Below the pieces are notes generated by a model. It was not told where the DNA came from and searched no databases. It saw only the letters and a program-made list of their open reading frames with translations. This document shows, piece by piece, positions 13,655 to 23,003 of a stretch of DNA of 61,975 nucleotides. The position numbers and the translations under genes were made by a program. Where the stretch lies: NCBI GenBank assembly GCA_021851885.1, contig JAJZBS010000004.1, forward strand, positions 1 to 61,975, given 5' to 3'. Origin of the DNA: Actinomycetes bacterium. GTDB taxonomy: Bacteria > Actinomycetota > Acidimicrobiia > Acidimicrobiales > JAMCQF01. How positions within the stretch are numbered: the first letter of the stretch is position 1; each line of letters opens with the position of its first letter.

Positions 13655-13841
13655 GATCTCGCGATCGGTACCCGCCAGCGACAAGACAGCTACGACGATC
13701 TTCCGGTGCCGGGTCGGCTCGTCGTGCAAGACCACCGGCCGTTACGGCAGCCACAGGAGCTCGTGGATGCAGTGACGCCGGGATCTTGGAGGTGCCGTGA
13801 CCGAGGATCCCACCTGGTGCTTCGATTGGGAGAGCCAGCGG

Positions 13842-13857
13842 TGTTCCACGTGAAACA
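13842..13857. promoter_or_regulatory. parS centromere-like site
   Basis: TGTTCCACGTGAAACA matches the universal parS palindrome. Confidence 0.93.
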
Positions 13858-14086
13858 CGCTCCGGCGATCCTGGTCGCCACTCCCGGGATCTCTCTGGCC
13901 AGGCTCGCCGGCGCACTCCGGGCGCAATCTCCACCCATGCCTCCAGGGGTCCTGCGGCAGCAGATCCACACCGCACGCCACGCGGCGGAAGGCGACGTGC
14001 ATCTGGAGAGACAGGAAGAGGACACGTGGAAGTCACTGTTCCCCCTGATGACCCCCAGCCAGATCCGCCGCGAGGGATTGCCCGGG

Positions 14087-14102
14087 TGTTTCACGTGGAA
14101 CA
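14087..14102. promoter_or_regulatory. parS centromere-like site
   Basis: TGTTTCACGTGGAACA, exact reverse complement of the 13842 site. Confidence 0.93.
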
Positions 14103-14225
14103 CGCCAAAGCAGCCGGGGATCTCCTGGACCAGGAAGAGATTTCCCTCGATAGCACGGAAACCTTTGACCTGAGGCGCGCGAATGGGAAGAATGGCGTAG
14201 TGACTCGTGTCAGCCAAGGTCGAGG

Positions 14226-16043
14226 ATGAAGCGCGGCCGATTTCGAGGACGCCTTGGGCGCAGTCGAGACTCGAGAGCCCAGGGCGACGAGGTGAGTGAG
14301 ACTCCCCAGGAGAGTGACCAGCCGGATGTGGTCGCGCCGCTCCCGGGGGAGGTGTTCATACTCCCCCAGCCTGGTCACGGAGATGTGGCGCCCACACGTG
14401 CGAAGCCAAGGGAAGGCACGCCGGCGACGTCTGGAACCCCCTCCTCGCCAACCGACCCCGTGACAGCCCAGGTCAATCCGGTCTCAGCGCCCACGCAACC
14501 GGGGGCAGCGGAAGCAGGGGGCGTGGTGAGCGCGGCCGTCGACGATGACGAGCTTGCCGACGTGATCCGCGACAGGGCAGTGGAAGGCGGGGACGTGGTG
14601 AGCGCCCCCCCCACCACTGTGGCGGCAACCACATCCGTTCCTATGGTGGAGGCAGCAGGGGAAGGAACCCGAGCATCGGCAGATCCGACGGCCGCTCCCT
14701 TGGTCCGGCCTGGTGCCGTTGCCGACGACCGCCGAGGCTCCATAGGCCGGGTCACGGCGCCACCTACTCCCCCGGGAGATGAGATCTCCCCCGGTCAGGG
14801 CGACGCCAAGGGCGTGGATGGGGGCGGGCCGGCGACAGTTGCCGGGCCGGCGACGACTGCAGGGGATGCGATCGGTGTCCATGCGGGCCCAGCCGGCGGC
14901 GGTGCCGAGAAGGTGAAGCCAGGAGCGGCGCGACCGCAGACGCAGGCATCGGGCAAGAAGGCGGCAAGGGGAGGCAAACGACCCTCGACGACGCCTGGAG
15001 CCAAGGGGGAGGCGAAAGGAAAGCAGCAGAGCGCGGCCGACCCGGTAGGGGCCGTACCTGCACCGGGTGCGGGCGGCGCAACGACCGGTGTGACGACGGA
15101 CGTGAAAGGATCGCCGCCCGCCGACGACGGCGCGACCCCGGCGACCCCGGCGACCACTGCGACCACTGCGACCCCGGCGACCCCGGCGACCACTGCAACG
15201 GAGGGATCGGCCGCCGCCGGCGAGGTGCCTCTCGGGAGCGGCCCTGCCGAAGACGGGAAGGCGACGATGCCGCGCGTCATGGCGATCGCCAACCAAAAGG
15301 GCGGGGTCGGCAAGACGACGACGGCGGTCAATTTGGGCGCCGCCCTTGCCGACCTGGGCTTTCGCGTGCTCGTCGTCGACTTGGACCCGCAGGGCAATGC
15401 GACGACCGGTCTTGGTCTCGACGGCCGGAACTTCGAGGTCTCGATGTACGACGTCATCATGCGTGATGTCCCGATGGAGGACGTCGTCGAGCCGACGAGT
15501 GTGCGCAACCTCTTCGTCGCCCCGGCGACCATCGACCTCGCCGGTGCCGAGATCGAGCTCGTCCCCGCCTTTAGCCGGGAGATGAAGCTCCGGAGGGCGA
15601 TCGACTCGGTCGCCGACGAGTTCAGCTACGTGCTCATCGACTGCCCACCATCGCTCGGCCTCATCACCGTGAACGGCCTGGCGGCCGCACGGGAGGTCCT
15701 GGTGCCGATCCAGTGCGAGTACTACGCCCTCGAGGGACTGAGCCAGTTACTGCGCAACGTCAACCTCGTCGCTTCGAACCTCAACCCCGAGCTGAAGGTG
15801 TCGACGATCGTGCTCACGATGTACGACGCGCGCACCAAGCTCGCCGAGCAGGTCGCCAACGAAGTCCGTGAGCATTTCGGAGCGGCTGTGTGCACGAGTG
15901 TCATCCCGCGGACGGTACGTCTTTCGGAAGCGCCCTCGTTCGGCCAGCCCATCACCGTCTTCGACCCGTCCTCTCGTGGGGCGATCGCCTATAGGGAACT
16001 TGCCAAGGAGGTCAGTGGTGGCTCGTCGCAGCGGTCTGGGTAG
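14226..16043 (+). CDS. parA: Chromosome partitioning ATPase ParA/Soj; start uncertain (14292 long form or ~15267 short form)
   Basis: IANQKGGVGKTTT, DLDPQGNAT, IDCPPSLG, VPIQCEYYALEG, IPRTVRLSEAPSFG. Confidence 0.95.
   Translation: MKRGRFRGRLGRSRDSRAQGDEVSETPQESDQPDVVAPLPGEVFILPQPGHGDVAPTRAKPREGTPATSGTPSSPTDPVTAQVNPVSAPTQPGAAEAGGVVSAAVDDDELADVIRDRAVEGGDVVSAPPTTVAATTSVPMVEAAGEGTRASADPTAAPLVRPGAVADDRRGSIGRVTAPPTPPGDEISPGQGDAKGVDGGGPATVAGPATTAGDAIGVHAGPAGGGAEKVKPGAARPQTQASGKKAARGGKRPSTTPGAKGEAKGKQQSAADPVGAVPAPGAGGATTGVTTDVKGSPPADDGATPATPATTATTATPATPATTATEGSAAAGEVPLGSGPAEDGKATMPRVMAIANQKGGVGKTTTAVNLGAALADLGFRVLVVDLDPQGNATTGLGLDGRNFEVSMYDVIMRDVPMEDVVEPTSVRNLFVAPATIDLAGAEIELVPAFSREMKLRRAIDSVADEFSYVLIDCPPSLGLITVNGLAAAREVLVPIQCEYYALEGLSQLLRNVNLVASNLNPELKVSTIVLTMYDARTKLAEQVANEVREHFGAAVCTSVIPRTVRLSEAPSFGQPITVFDPSSRGAIAYRELAKEVSGGSSQRSG
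15132..15194 (+). repeat. Seven 9-bp units GCGACC(CCG/ACT), in frame in the ParA N-terminal extension
   Basis: Encodes ATP-ATP-ATT-ATT-ATP-ATP-ATT. Confidence 0.95.
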
Positions 16044-16959
16044 AGGTCTCGGTTCCCTGATTCCCACGGAGGTGGCGGCACCGCAGGGAACGAAGTCCCC
16101 TCTCCGGGAGATCCCGCTGGCACAGATCCGGCCGAACCCCTTGCAGCCGAGGCTCCACTTCGAAGAAGAGGCCCTGTCCTTCCTCGCGTCGTCGATCAAG
16201 GAGCTCGGGGTGTTGCAGCCGATCTTGGTGCGGGGTGTCGCCGACGACGAGTTCGAGCTGATCGCGGGGGAGCGGCGCTGGCGCGCGGCACGCCGGGCCG
16301 GACTCCAGGTCATCCCCGCGCTCGTGCAGCCGGCAAACGACATCACGAGCCTCAAGCAGGCGCTTGTCGAGAACCTGCACCGGGAAGACCTCAACCCCCT
16401 CGAGGAAGCAGCGGCCTACCAGCAGCTGATCGAGGACTTCGGCCTCACCCACGAAGAGGTCGCAGCGCAGGTCGGACGGAGCCGGGCGGGTGTCAGCAAC
16501 ATCCTGCGCCTCCTCCAGCTTCCCGCGGGTATCCAGCGCGCCGTCGTCGAGGGGCATCTCACGGCGGGCCATGCGCGAGCGCTTCTCGGAACGCCAGACC
16601 GGAACCTCCAAGAGGCCCTTGCCCGCAAGGCGATGGCGGAGGGCTGGACGGTGCGGGCCGTCGAGGAGGCGGTGCGCGCGGCGGTCGGAGAGACCGGAGA
16701 AGCCGCCGAGGCGGACGACGGAGGCAGCGGCCGGCCTAGCCCGGATGGCGAGGTGGCCGGAGCGCCACCGGCGGTCGCCTCGCCAGCAGGGATACTCCGT
16801 CCGCCCGGGCTGCTGGAGCTCGAGGAGCTCCTCGCCGACCTGTTAAATACCCGCGTCCGCGTCGAGATGGGATCCAAACGTGGTCGGGTCGTCGTCGAGT
16901 TTGCCACCCTCGAAGACCTCGAGAGGATCTACCGGGTCATGGCCCAGGGGAGCGCGTGA
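16018..16959 (+). CDS. parB: Chromosome partitioning CTPase ParB
   Basis: GLGRGLGSLI, PNPLQPR, GVLQPILVR, LIAGERRWRAA, ENLHREDLNPLEEA; AAGGAGG RBS at 16005-16011. Confidence 0.97.
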   Translation: MARRSGLGRGLGSLIPTEVAAPQGTKSPLREIPLAQIRPNPLQPRLHFEEEALSFLASSIKELGVLQPILVRGVADDEFELIAGERRWRAARRAGLQVIPALVQPANDITSLKQALVENLHREDLNPLEEAAAYQQLIEDFGLTHEEVAAQVGRSRAGVSNILRLLQLPAGIQRAVVEGHLTAGHARALLGTPDRNLQEALARKAMAEGWTVRAVEEAVRAAVGETGEAAEADDGGSGRPSPDGEVAGAPPAVASPAGILRPPGLLELEELLADLLNTRVRVEMGSKRGRVVVEFATLEDLERIYRVMAQGSA

Positions 16960-17152
16960 CGGTGAGAACCCTGCATCGAGGTTGAGGGACCGAGCCAGAC
17001 CTCCACCAGAGATTGGCACGCGGGCCTGCCGGGCATACCGCTATCGGAGATATATCTCACGTACAGTGGGTACTTGACGAATCCGAACATTTAGTTCGAG
17101 AAAATGACCACAAAGAGTGGTGATTAATGCTCAAGCATCACTGAACGGTGAT

Positions 17153-17177
17153 CCACAACCTGTGCATGAGGTTGTGG
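17153..17177. terminator. 9-bp hairpin between convergent parB and cwlM
   Basis: CCACAACCT-GTGCATG-AGGTTGTGG, 8 bp past the cwlM stop; no U-tract. Confidence 0.55.
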
Positions 17178-17184
17178 AAATCGG

Positions 17185-18174
17185 TCAATCCCACGTGGTG
17201 ACGGCCCACGTCCTCAACGCTTCGGCAACCGCGCGGGCCAGGAGGGCGACGCGCTCGGTGACACGCGCGGGGGCGCCCATCTCGACGACGACGGCCGGCA
17301 TGCGCGTCTCGCGCAGGACCGGGAGTGTCATCCGGCGCGTTCCCCCGTCGGCGAGGCCGAGCGTTGCGGGCACCCTCTCCTGGAGAAGCTCGGCGAGCCG
17401 CCGGCCGCCTGTGGACTCGTAGCGGTACCCGCCGTAGAAGGCGGTCGTGCACGAGGTGCGCGCCGGGTCGACGAGAAAGCCGACGAAGACGTCGGCCCGG
17501 GTGGCGTTGGCCGCCGCGGCGAGGCGGGAGCTGTCGGGGTGGTGCAGGCGCACCACGGTGGCCCCCGTTCCGCCGAGGCCACGCTGGACGGCGGCGGTGA
17601 TGACGTCGAGCCCGCCCCCTTCCCCGAGCGCCAGGCGGCGGTCCGCGAGGCTGCGCGGGGCATTGCGGAGGCGCTCGCGGTCACGGACGGTGCTGACCAG
17701 CTCGGAGACCTCGTGGCGGGGGGTCAGGCGCACGAGTGCGACGAGGGTTTCCTGGCCCAGAATGCCGTCGGACGGTAGCCCGGCATTCTGCTGGAACTCT
17801 GCCAACGCGGCCATGGTGAGGTCCCCGAAGATGCCGTCGACACGCCCCGTGTCGAAGCCGAGGGCGCTCAGCCGGCGTTGGAGCTCGGCGACGTCGTCGC
17901 CGCGGAGCATCGGCGTACGCCGGTAGAGGTAGCGATCGCCGAGCTTGTACCCGGCTTCGACGAGGGCCGACCAGGTCTCGTGCCCGCAGATCCCGTCGAC
18001 GTGCAGCCCGCGTTGGTTCTGGAGATCCCTGACGGCCTTCTCCGTGGAGGGGCCGAATACGCCCGGCGGGTCGCCGCTGTCGATCCCGAGCGCGGCGAGG
18101 CGGCTCTGGACGTCGGCGACCGCGATCCCGGAATCCCCCGCGTGCACTGGAAGTCCTCCGTGACCGCAACTCAT
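17185..18174 (-). CDS. cwlM: CwlM-like protein: two PG-binding domains plus Amidase_3-like domain
   Basis: QNQRGLHVDGICG.ETW, LRGDDVAELQRRLSALGFDTGRVDGIFG, LRETRMPAVVVE; actinobacterial position between trxA and parB. Confidence 0.85.
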   Translation of the reverse strand: MSCGHGGLPVHAGDSGIAVADVQSRLAALGIDSGDPPGVFGPSTEKAVRDLQNQRGLHVDGICGHETWSALVEAGYKLGDRYLYRRTPMLRGDDVAELQRRLSALGFDTGRVDGIFGDLTMAALAEFQQNAGLPSDGILGQETLVALVRLTPRHEVSELVSTVRDRERLRNAPRSLADRRLALGEGGGLDVITAAVQRGLGGTGATVVRLHHPDSSRLAAAANATRADVFVGFLVDPARTSCTTAFYGGYRYESTGGRRLAELLQERVPATLGLADGGTRRMTLPVLRETRMPAVVVEMGAPARVTERVALLARAVAEALRTWAVTTWD

Positions 18175-18201
18175 CGCCGTGTCCTGTGGCGGCCTCGCGG
18201 C

Positions 18202-18528
18202 CTACAGGTAGGGGGCGAGGTCCTCGACGAGGCGGGCCTTGCCTTTGGCGCCCACGATACGCACAGCAGGGTTTCCGTCCTTGAACAGGATCAATGTGGG
18301 GATGCTCAGCACCTCGTAGCGGCGGGCGATCTCCAAGCTGTCGTCGACGTTGACTTTCGTGACCTCGATCTTTCCGGTCTGCTCCCGGGCGATCTCCTCA
18401 AGAACGGGCTGGAGCTTCTTGCAGGGGCCGCACCACTCGGCCCAGAAGTCCACGAGGACCGGGACGTCGGTCGCGACGAGGTGCTCGTCGAAGGTCGCGT
18501 CGTTCAGCTCCCTCAGCTCACTGGCCAC
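18202..18528 (-). CDS. trxA: Thioredoxin
   Basis: VLVDFWAEWCGPC, SIPTL; GTG start at 18528. Confidence 0.95.
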   Translation of the reverse strand: MASELRELNDATFDEHLVATDVPVLVDFWAEWCGPCKKLQPVLEEIAREQTGKIEVTKVNVDDSLEIARRYEVLSIPTLILFKDGNPAVRIVGAKGKARLVEDLAPYL

Positions 18529-18681
18529 GCTCGTGGTTCCTCCTGGAGAAATAGGCGTCCCGACCACAGGGCGGGCACGCGCCGTTCTGCCCACGGTTGC
18601 ACGCGAACGACCGGGCGCGCCACTCCCCGGCAATGGGCGGGCCGATCCGCACGAGGCCGCTCGATGCGCCGCTGCGCAGGT

Positions 18682-19644
18682 TCAGCCGGCGTGGGCCCGG
18701 TGATCGAGCCAGCGCTCGACGTCGATGGCGGCCATGCATCCGGACCCTGCCGCAGTGATCGCTTGGCGGTACACGTGGTCTTGGACGTCGCCACAGGCGA
18801 AGACGCCCGCGACGTTGGTCGCGCTGCTGCCCGCCGTCTGGATGTACCCGGCCGCGTCGAGGTCGAGCTGGCCCGTGAACAGGCTGGAGTTCGGCTCGTG
18901 CCCGATGGCGACGAACAGGCCGGTCACCGGGAGGACCTCTTCGGATCCGTCGGTGGTATCGCGGACGCGCACGCCGGTGACCTTGTTGTCTCCGATGACG
19001 TCTTCGACGACGGCGTTCCAGCGCATCTTTACACGATCATTCGCGAATGCCCTGTCCTGCATGATCTTCGACGCACGGAGGGCATCCCGACGGTGGATGA
19101 TCGTGACGGTCCGGGCGAACTTGGTGAGGAACAGAGCCTCTTCGACGGCAGAGTCGCCGCCGCCAACCACGGCAATGTCCTGGTCGCGGAAGAAGAAGCC
19201 ATCACACGTTGCGCACGTCGAGACGCCGTAGCCGAGCAGGCGCCCTTCGTTGGGAAGCCCGAGCATGAGCGACTGGGCACCGGTGGCGACGATAAGCGCC
19301 TTGGTCTCGACCGCGGGCTCGGCATCCCCGCCCTGGGCGGTCCAAACCCGGAACGGCCACGACGCGAGGTCGACGCGGGTGGCGCGGGTCGTGACGAGAT
19401 CAGCTCCGAATCGCTTGGCCTGGCCGCGGATCGCTTCCATGAGCTCGGGCCCCTGGACGCCATCGGGAAAGCCGGGGAAGTTCTCGACCTCGGTCGTCAA
19501 CATCAGTTGGCCGCCAGGCTGGTCACTGGTCGACGAGGGCTCGCCTTCAATCACGAGTGGCCGGAGGTCGGCCCGCGCCGTGTACACGGCCGCGGTCAAG
19601 CCTGCCGGTCCTGAACCGAGGATGACGACGTCTCTCGTCTCCAC
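18682..19644 (-). CDS. trxB: Thioredoxin reductase
   Basis: ILGSGPAGLTAA, GGQL..TTEVENFPGF, CATCDG, GGGDSAVEEA, QAITAAGSGC. Confidence 0.97.
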   Translation of the reverse strand: METRDVVILGSGPAGLTAAVYTARADLRPLVIEGEPSSTSDQPGGQLMLTTEVENFPGFPDGVQGPELMEAIRGQAKRFGADLVTTRATRVDLASWPFRVWTAQGGDAEPAVETKALIVATGAQSLMLGLPNEGRLLGYGVSTCATCDGFFFRDQDIAVVGGGDSAVEEALFLTKFARTVTIIHRRDALRASKIMQDRAFANDRVKMRWNAVVEDVIGDNKVTGVRVRDTTDGSEEVLPVTGLFVAIGHEPNSSLFTGQLDLDAAGYIQTAGSSATNVAGVFACGDVQDHVYRQAITAAGSGCMAAIDVERWLDHRAHAG

Positions 19645-19765
19645 CTTCTACCTCCTGGGGTACTCCCGATTTCACTGACAGGGCCGCAAGTCACGGCACT
19701 TTCCTGGTTCGCCTGCGCGTGACCAATGGGCGCGCGGGCGTGAACTCCTTGGCGGCTGCGGGCGG

Positions 19766-20110
19766 CTAGTCGCCCGCCTTTGTCGGCCGGCGGCGGGACC
19801 ACAGCAGTGCGCCGGCCGAGGCAAAGAGCAATCCGATGAACAAATCGGTTGCCCAGACCCTGCCTCCGAACGCGTAGGCGTCGAGGAGCTTGACCAGCGC
19901 AGTCGCGAGCAGGACGACGACGACGACGGAGACGACGGCGATGACGATGCCATAGACAAGGGCTCGCGTCACGAGGGTCAAGGGACGGACCGAGTAGTCC
20001 CGAACCGTGCTGACGACCGTTTCGATCGTCGACGTGGCCTTCGCAGCCCAGTCTGCGGCACCCTCGGGCTGTTCGCCCGGCGTTGCTCCAGGGTCTGCGG
20101 CGGTGCTCAC
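19766..20110 (-). CDS. Small two-TM membrane protein, unknown function
   Basis: Two hydrophobic helices (ALVYGIVIAVVSVVVVVLLATALV; LFIGLLFASAGALLW); codirectional in the degV-trxB run; GTG start inferred. Confidence 0.7.
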   Translation of the reverse strand: MSTAADPGATPGEQPEGAADWAAKATSTIETVVSTVRDYSVRPLTLVTRALVYGIVIAVVSVVVVVLLATALVKLLDAYAFGGRVWATDLFIGLLFASAGALLWSRRRPTKAGD

Positions 20111-20249
20111 ACTCTCACGATAGCCGGGTGCTCCGAGCAGACCCCGGACTGTGGCGCGCGCGGGCGACTCGGCGTCCATGCAGCCCGTGTGCCGGGCTCG
20201 CGCCGGGTGCACGCAGTTGGACGAGGAGACCCGAGAGCGCCGGCTCGGT

Positions 20250-21101
20250 TCAGGAGATCGGGTTCGCGAGCTGGAGGCACAGGCCAATGGCGCCCGGCCC
20301 GGCGTGGGTCCCGATCACGGGGCCGAGCTCCGAGACGACGACGTCGAGGCCCGGCCACGTCTCTTTCACGAGGGAGAGGAAATCCTCGATGTCTCGGGCG
20401 TGGGCGTGAACGACGGCGACCCGTTCGACGAGGCCCTCGGAGCGTCCTTCGTCGACGAGCTGCCGCAGGGCGCGACCGCGGGTGCGCTGGCGCTGGCCCG
20501 GCTCGACCCGGCCCTCGTGGAGGACGAGCGTCGGCTTGATCGCGAGCAGGGACCCAAGGAGAGCCTGCGCATTGCCGATGCGTCCGCCGCGGCGAAGGTA
20601 GTCGAGCGTGTCGAGCGTGCCCCGGACCCGCACGCGGGGGATGAGGTCGGCGACAGCGCTCGCCACGCCATCGAGCGACCCGCCCTCGCGGGCGACCCGC
20701 AGCGCTCGGTCGACGATGAGGCCCTCGCCCATGGTCACCGACCGGGAGTCGATCACCTCGACACGGATGCGGTCGCCGAGGTCGGCGGCAGCGGTGAGCG
20801 CCGACTGGTATGTCGCCGAGAGACTGCTCGACATGGTGACGCAGACGACACCGTCGGCACCACGGTCGGCGGCGGCGAGAAATGCCTCCCGGAAGTCGCC
20901 GGGCGCCGGGGCGGATGTCTCTGGTGGGGAGTCCTGCGACTCGCAGCGCTCCCAGAACTCGTCGATCGAAAGCTCGGAGCGGTCGCGCAGCTCGACGGCG
21001 CCGAAGCGGATCGTCAGGGGGACGATGGCCAGGTTGTCGCTGTGCGCGATGTCCACAGGGAGATCGCTCGCGCTGTCCGTCACCACCTCGACTCGGGCCA
21101 T
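20250..21101 (-). CDS. DegV/FakB family fatty-acid-binding protein
   Basis: VVTDSASDLP, ETSAPAPG, SSSLSATYQSA, IDSRSVTMG, LRRGGRIG, IGTHAGPG. Confidence 0.93.
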   Translation of the reverse strand: MARVEVVTDSASDLPVDIAHSDNLAIVPLTIRFGAVELRDRSELSIDEFWERCESQDSPPETSAPAPGDFREAFLAAADRGADGVVCVTMSSSLSATYQSALTAAADLGDRIRVEVIDSRSVTMGEGLIVDRALRVAREGGSLDGVASAVADLIPRVRVRGTLDTLDYLRRGGRIGNAQALLGSLLAIKPTLVLHEGRVEPGQRQRTRGRALRQLVDEGRSEGLVERVAVVHAHARDIEDFLSLVKETWPGLDVVVSELGPVIGTHAGPGAIGLCLQLANPIS

Positions 21102-21197
21102 CGTCTACCTCACCAGCTTGGCAACAGGTCGGGGTCCCGACCATGCTCGCGAGTCTGCCACCATCGAGGCCTGAGGGGTCACCCGATGCTTGGCGGG

Positions 21198-23003
21198 CTA
21201 GTCCGGCCCTTCCGGGCTCCGAGGCGGTCGCGCGGGGCGTGACGGGCGTGACGGGCGTGACGGGCGTGACGGACCGAGTTGGGGTGGGTGCCGCGGCCGC
21301 GGGGGTGGCCGTTGGTCGGTCGAGGCGCGCGGGGAGATCGGGGAGTGGATCGTCCGCAGTGGTGGCCCGTATAGGCGATGCCGGGTCCGGCGGCGAGCTG
21401 CGGAGAACGCAGCGAGGGCGACCGAACCGACTCCGAAGCTCACGATGCCCACAGCCACCTCGCAGGCGATTGCCCACAGCAGGCCAAGACCGCTGTGGAA
21501 GCCGACGATGGCGCGCGTCGCCAGCACCGCGCCGGCCATGACTCCGCTCGCCAACACCACGTGCACGAAGGGAAGAGCCGTCCCCGCCGCAGCCCGGGCG
21601 TGTGTCCGGCGCCGCAAGACCCGCAGGGCAACCAGGGCGGCCACGCTGTAGGCAACCGACAGCGACAGGGCGATCCCTTCGACGCCGAGCGGCTTGGCGA
21701 AGGCGAAGGCGAGGACAAGATTGATGCCGTTCTCGACGAGGTACAGGACGAAGACCGTGCGCGTGTCCTGCATGGCCTGGAAGCCGCGCACCGCGTAGAG
21801 GTAGACGGAGAAACCCGGAAGCCCGATGGCGAGCATCGCGAGCGTGCTCCCTGTTGCCCCCGCGTCGTTCGGGCCGGCCGCCCCGTGCGCAAGGAACAGG
21901 CGGATGAGCGGCTGGGCGAGGATGAGCATGCCGATGGACGCCGGGACGATGACGGCGAGCAGCGATCGCAGGCCACGCGAGAAGTAGTGGGCATAACCCT
22001 CGCCGTCGCCGGCCAACCAGCGAGTTGCCATCTCCGGCGTGACGGCGCTCATGACCGACACGGCGATGACGCCGTAGGGGAGCTGGAAGAAGGTGAACGC
22101 GTACGTGTAGGCGCTGACGCTCCCGGGGTGGAGCCCGGCGGCAAGGGCCAGGATGATGAAGGCGGTGATCTGGTTGGCGACGACGAAGCCGAACGTCCAC
22201 GACGACAGTCGTGCGATCGTCCGCACGGCGGGGTGGCCAGGTTCCCAGGTCCAGCGCAGGTGCAGGCTGTTGCGCCGGAGCGCAGGGACAAGGGCTGCGC
22301 ACTGGAAGGCGACGCCGAGGGTCGTGCCGATCCCGAGCAGGAGGATCGCGCCCATGTCGGAGTGGAGGTGCTCGACCGAGGGGTGGCGCAGCAGGGAGGC
22401 GAAGCCGAGGTAGACGGCGACGGAGACGATGTTGTTGACGATCGGGGCGTAGGCGGGGGCGGTGAAGTGGCGGCGCGCGTTGAGCAGGGCCGTGAACAGC
22501 GAGATCGCTCCGTAGAAGGCGAGCTGCGGGACGAACAGGCGCAGGAGGTCGGTGCCGAGCACGCGCTCGGCACCGACCGAGGGGGCGTGGTTGCTGATCG
22601 TGTACAGCCGGATGATCGTCGGCGCAGCTATCTCGAAGAGGACCGTCGCGACGGCGAGGACGACGAAGGAAAGGGTGACGACCGCCGAGATGGCGCGCCG
22701 CCCCGTTTCGTTGTCGTCGGCCGGATGGCGCGCGAGGTGGTCGACGAAAACCGGGACGAACGTCGCACCGACGACACCTCCGAGGACGAGGTCATGGACG
22801 ATGTTCGGCGTCGTATTGGCGAGGTTGTATGCGTCGGCGGCGGCTCCGACGCCGAGCGCGTATGCGAGCGTCGCAAGCCGTGCGACACCGGTGATGCGCG
22901 ACACGAGCGTGCCGAACGCCATGTTTGTCGCGGCGATCGACAGGGGAGCGCCCCGCTTGTCGCCGGGCGTGGTCCGCCGCGCCGGCGCCGCTTGTTCGGT
23001 CAT
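21198..23003 (-). CDS. murJ: Lipid II flippase MurJ/MviN
   Basis: GTLVSRITG, DAYNLANTTPN, FAPI-like YAPIVNN, QLPYGV; about 14 TM segments; ATG at 23003 overlaps the DUF6049 stop. Confidence 0.93.
   Translation of the reverse strand: MTEQAAPARRTTPGDKRGAPLSIAATNMAFGTLVSRITGVARLATLAYALGVGAAADAYNLANTTPNIVHDLVLGGVVGATFVPVFVDHLARHPADDNETGRRAISAVVTLSFVVLAVATVLFEIAAPTIIRLYTISNHAPSVGAERVLGTDLLRLFVPQLAFYGAISLFTALLNARRHFTAPAYAPIVNNIVSVAVYLGFASLLRHPSVEHLHSDMGAILLLGIGTTLGVAFQCAALVPALRRNSLHLRWTWEPGHPAVRTIARLSSWTFGFVVANQITAFIILALAAGLHPGSVSAYTYAFTFFQLPYGVIAVSVMSAVTPEMATRWLAGDGEGYAHYFSRGLRSLLAVIVPASIGMLILAQPLIRLFLAHGAAGPNDAGATGSTLAMLAIGLPGFSVYLYAVRGFQAMQDTRTVFVLYLVENGINLVLAFAFAKPLGVEGIALSLSVAYSVAALVALRVLRRRTHARAAAGTALPFVHVVLASGVMAGAVLATRAIVGFHSGLGLLWAIACEVAVGIVSFGVGSVALAAFSAARRRTRHRLYGPPLRTIHSPISPRASTDQRPPPRPRHPPQLGPSRPSRPSRPSRPARPPRSPEGPD
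21236..21271 (+). repeat. Four copies of GGCGTGACG in the MurJ C-terminal tail
   Basis: Perfect 9-bp tandem repeat encoding (PSR)n on the minus strand. Confidence 0.95.

Noticed and set aside
17084-17098. LexA SOS box
   Set aside because: The spacer is 5 nt (CGAAC-N5-GTTCG) rather than 4, and it lies between convergent genes.
20107-22302. Long alternative-frame and antisense ORFs (also 17878-19614, 21378-23300, 41251-42915, 46062-48062, 53776-55329, 59903-61750)
   Set aside because: Shadow ORFs overlapping well-supported genes; expected in high-GC DNA, with Arg/Pro-rich or antisense-codon composition.
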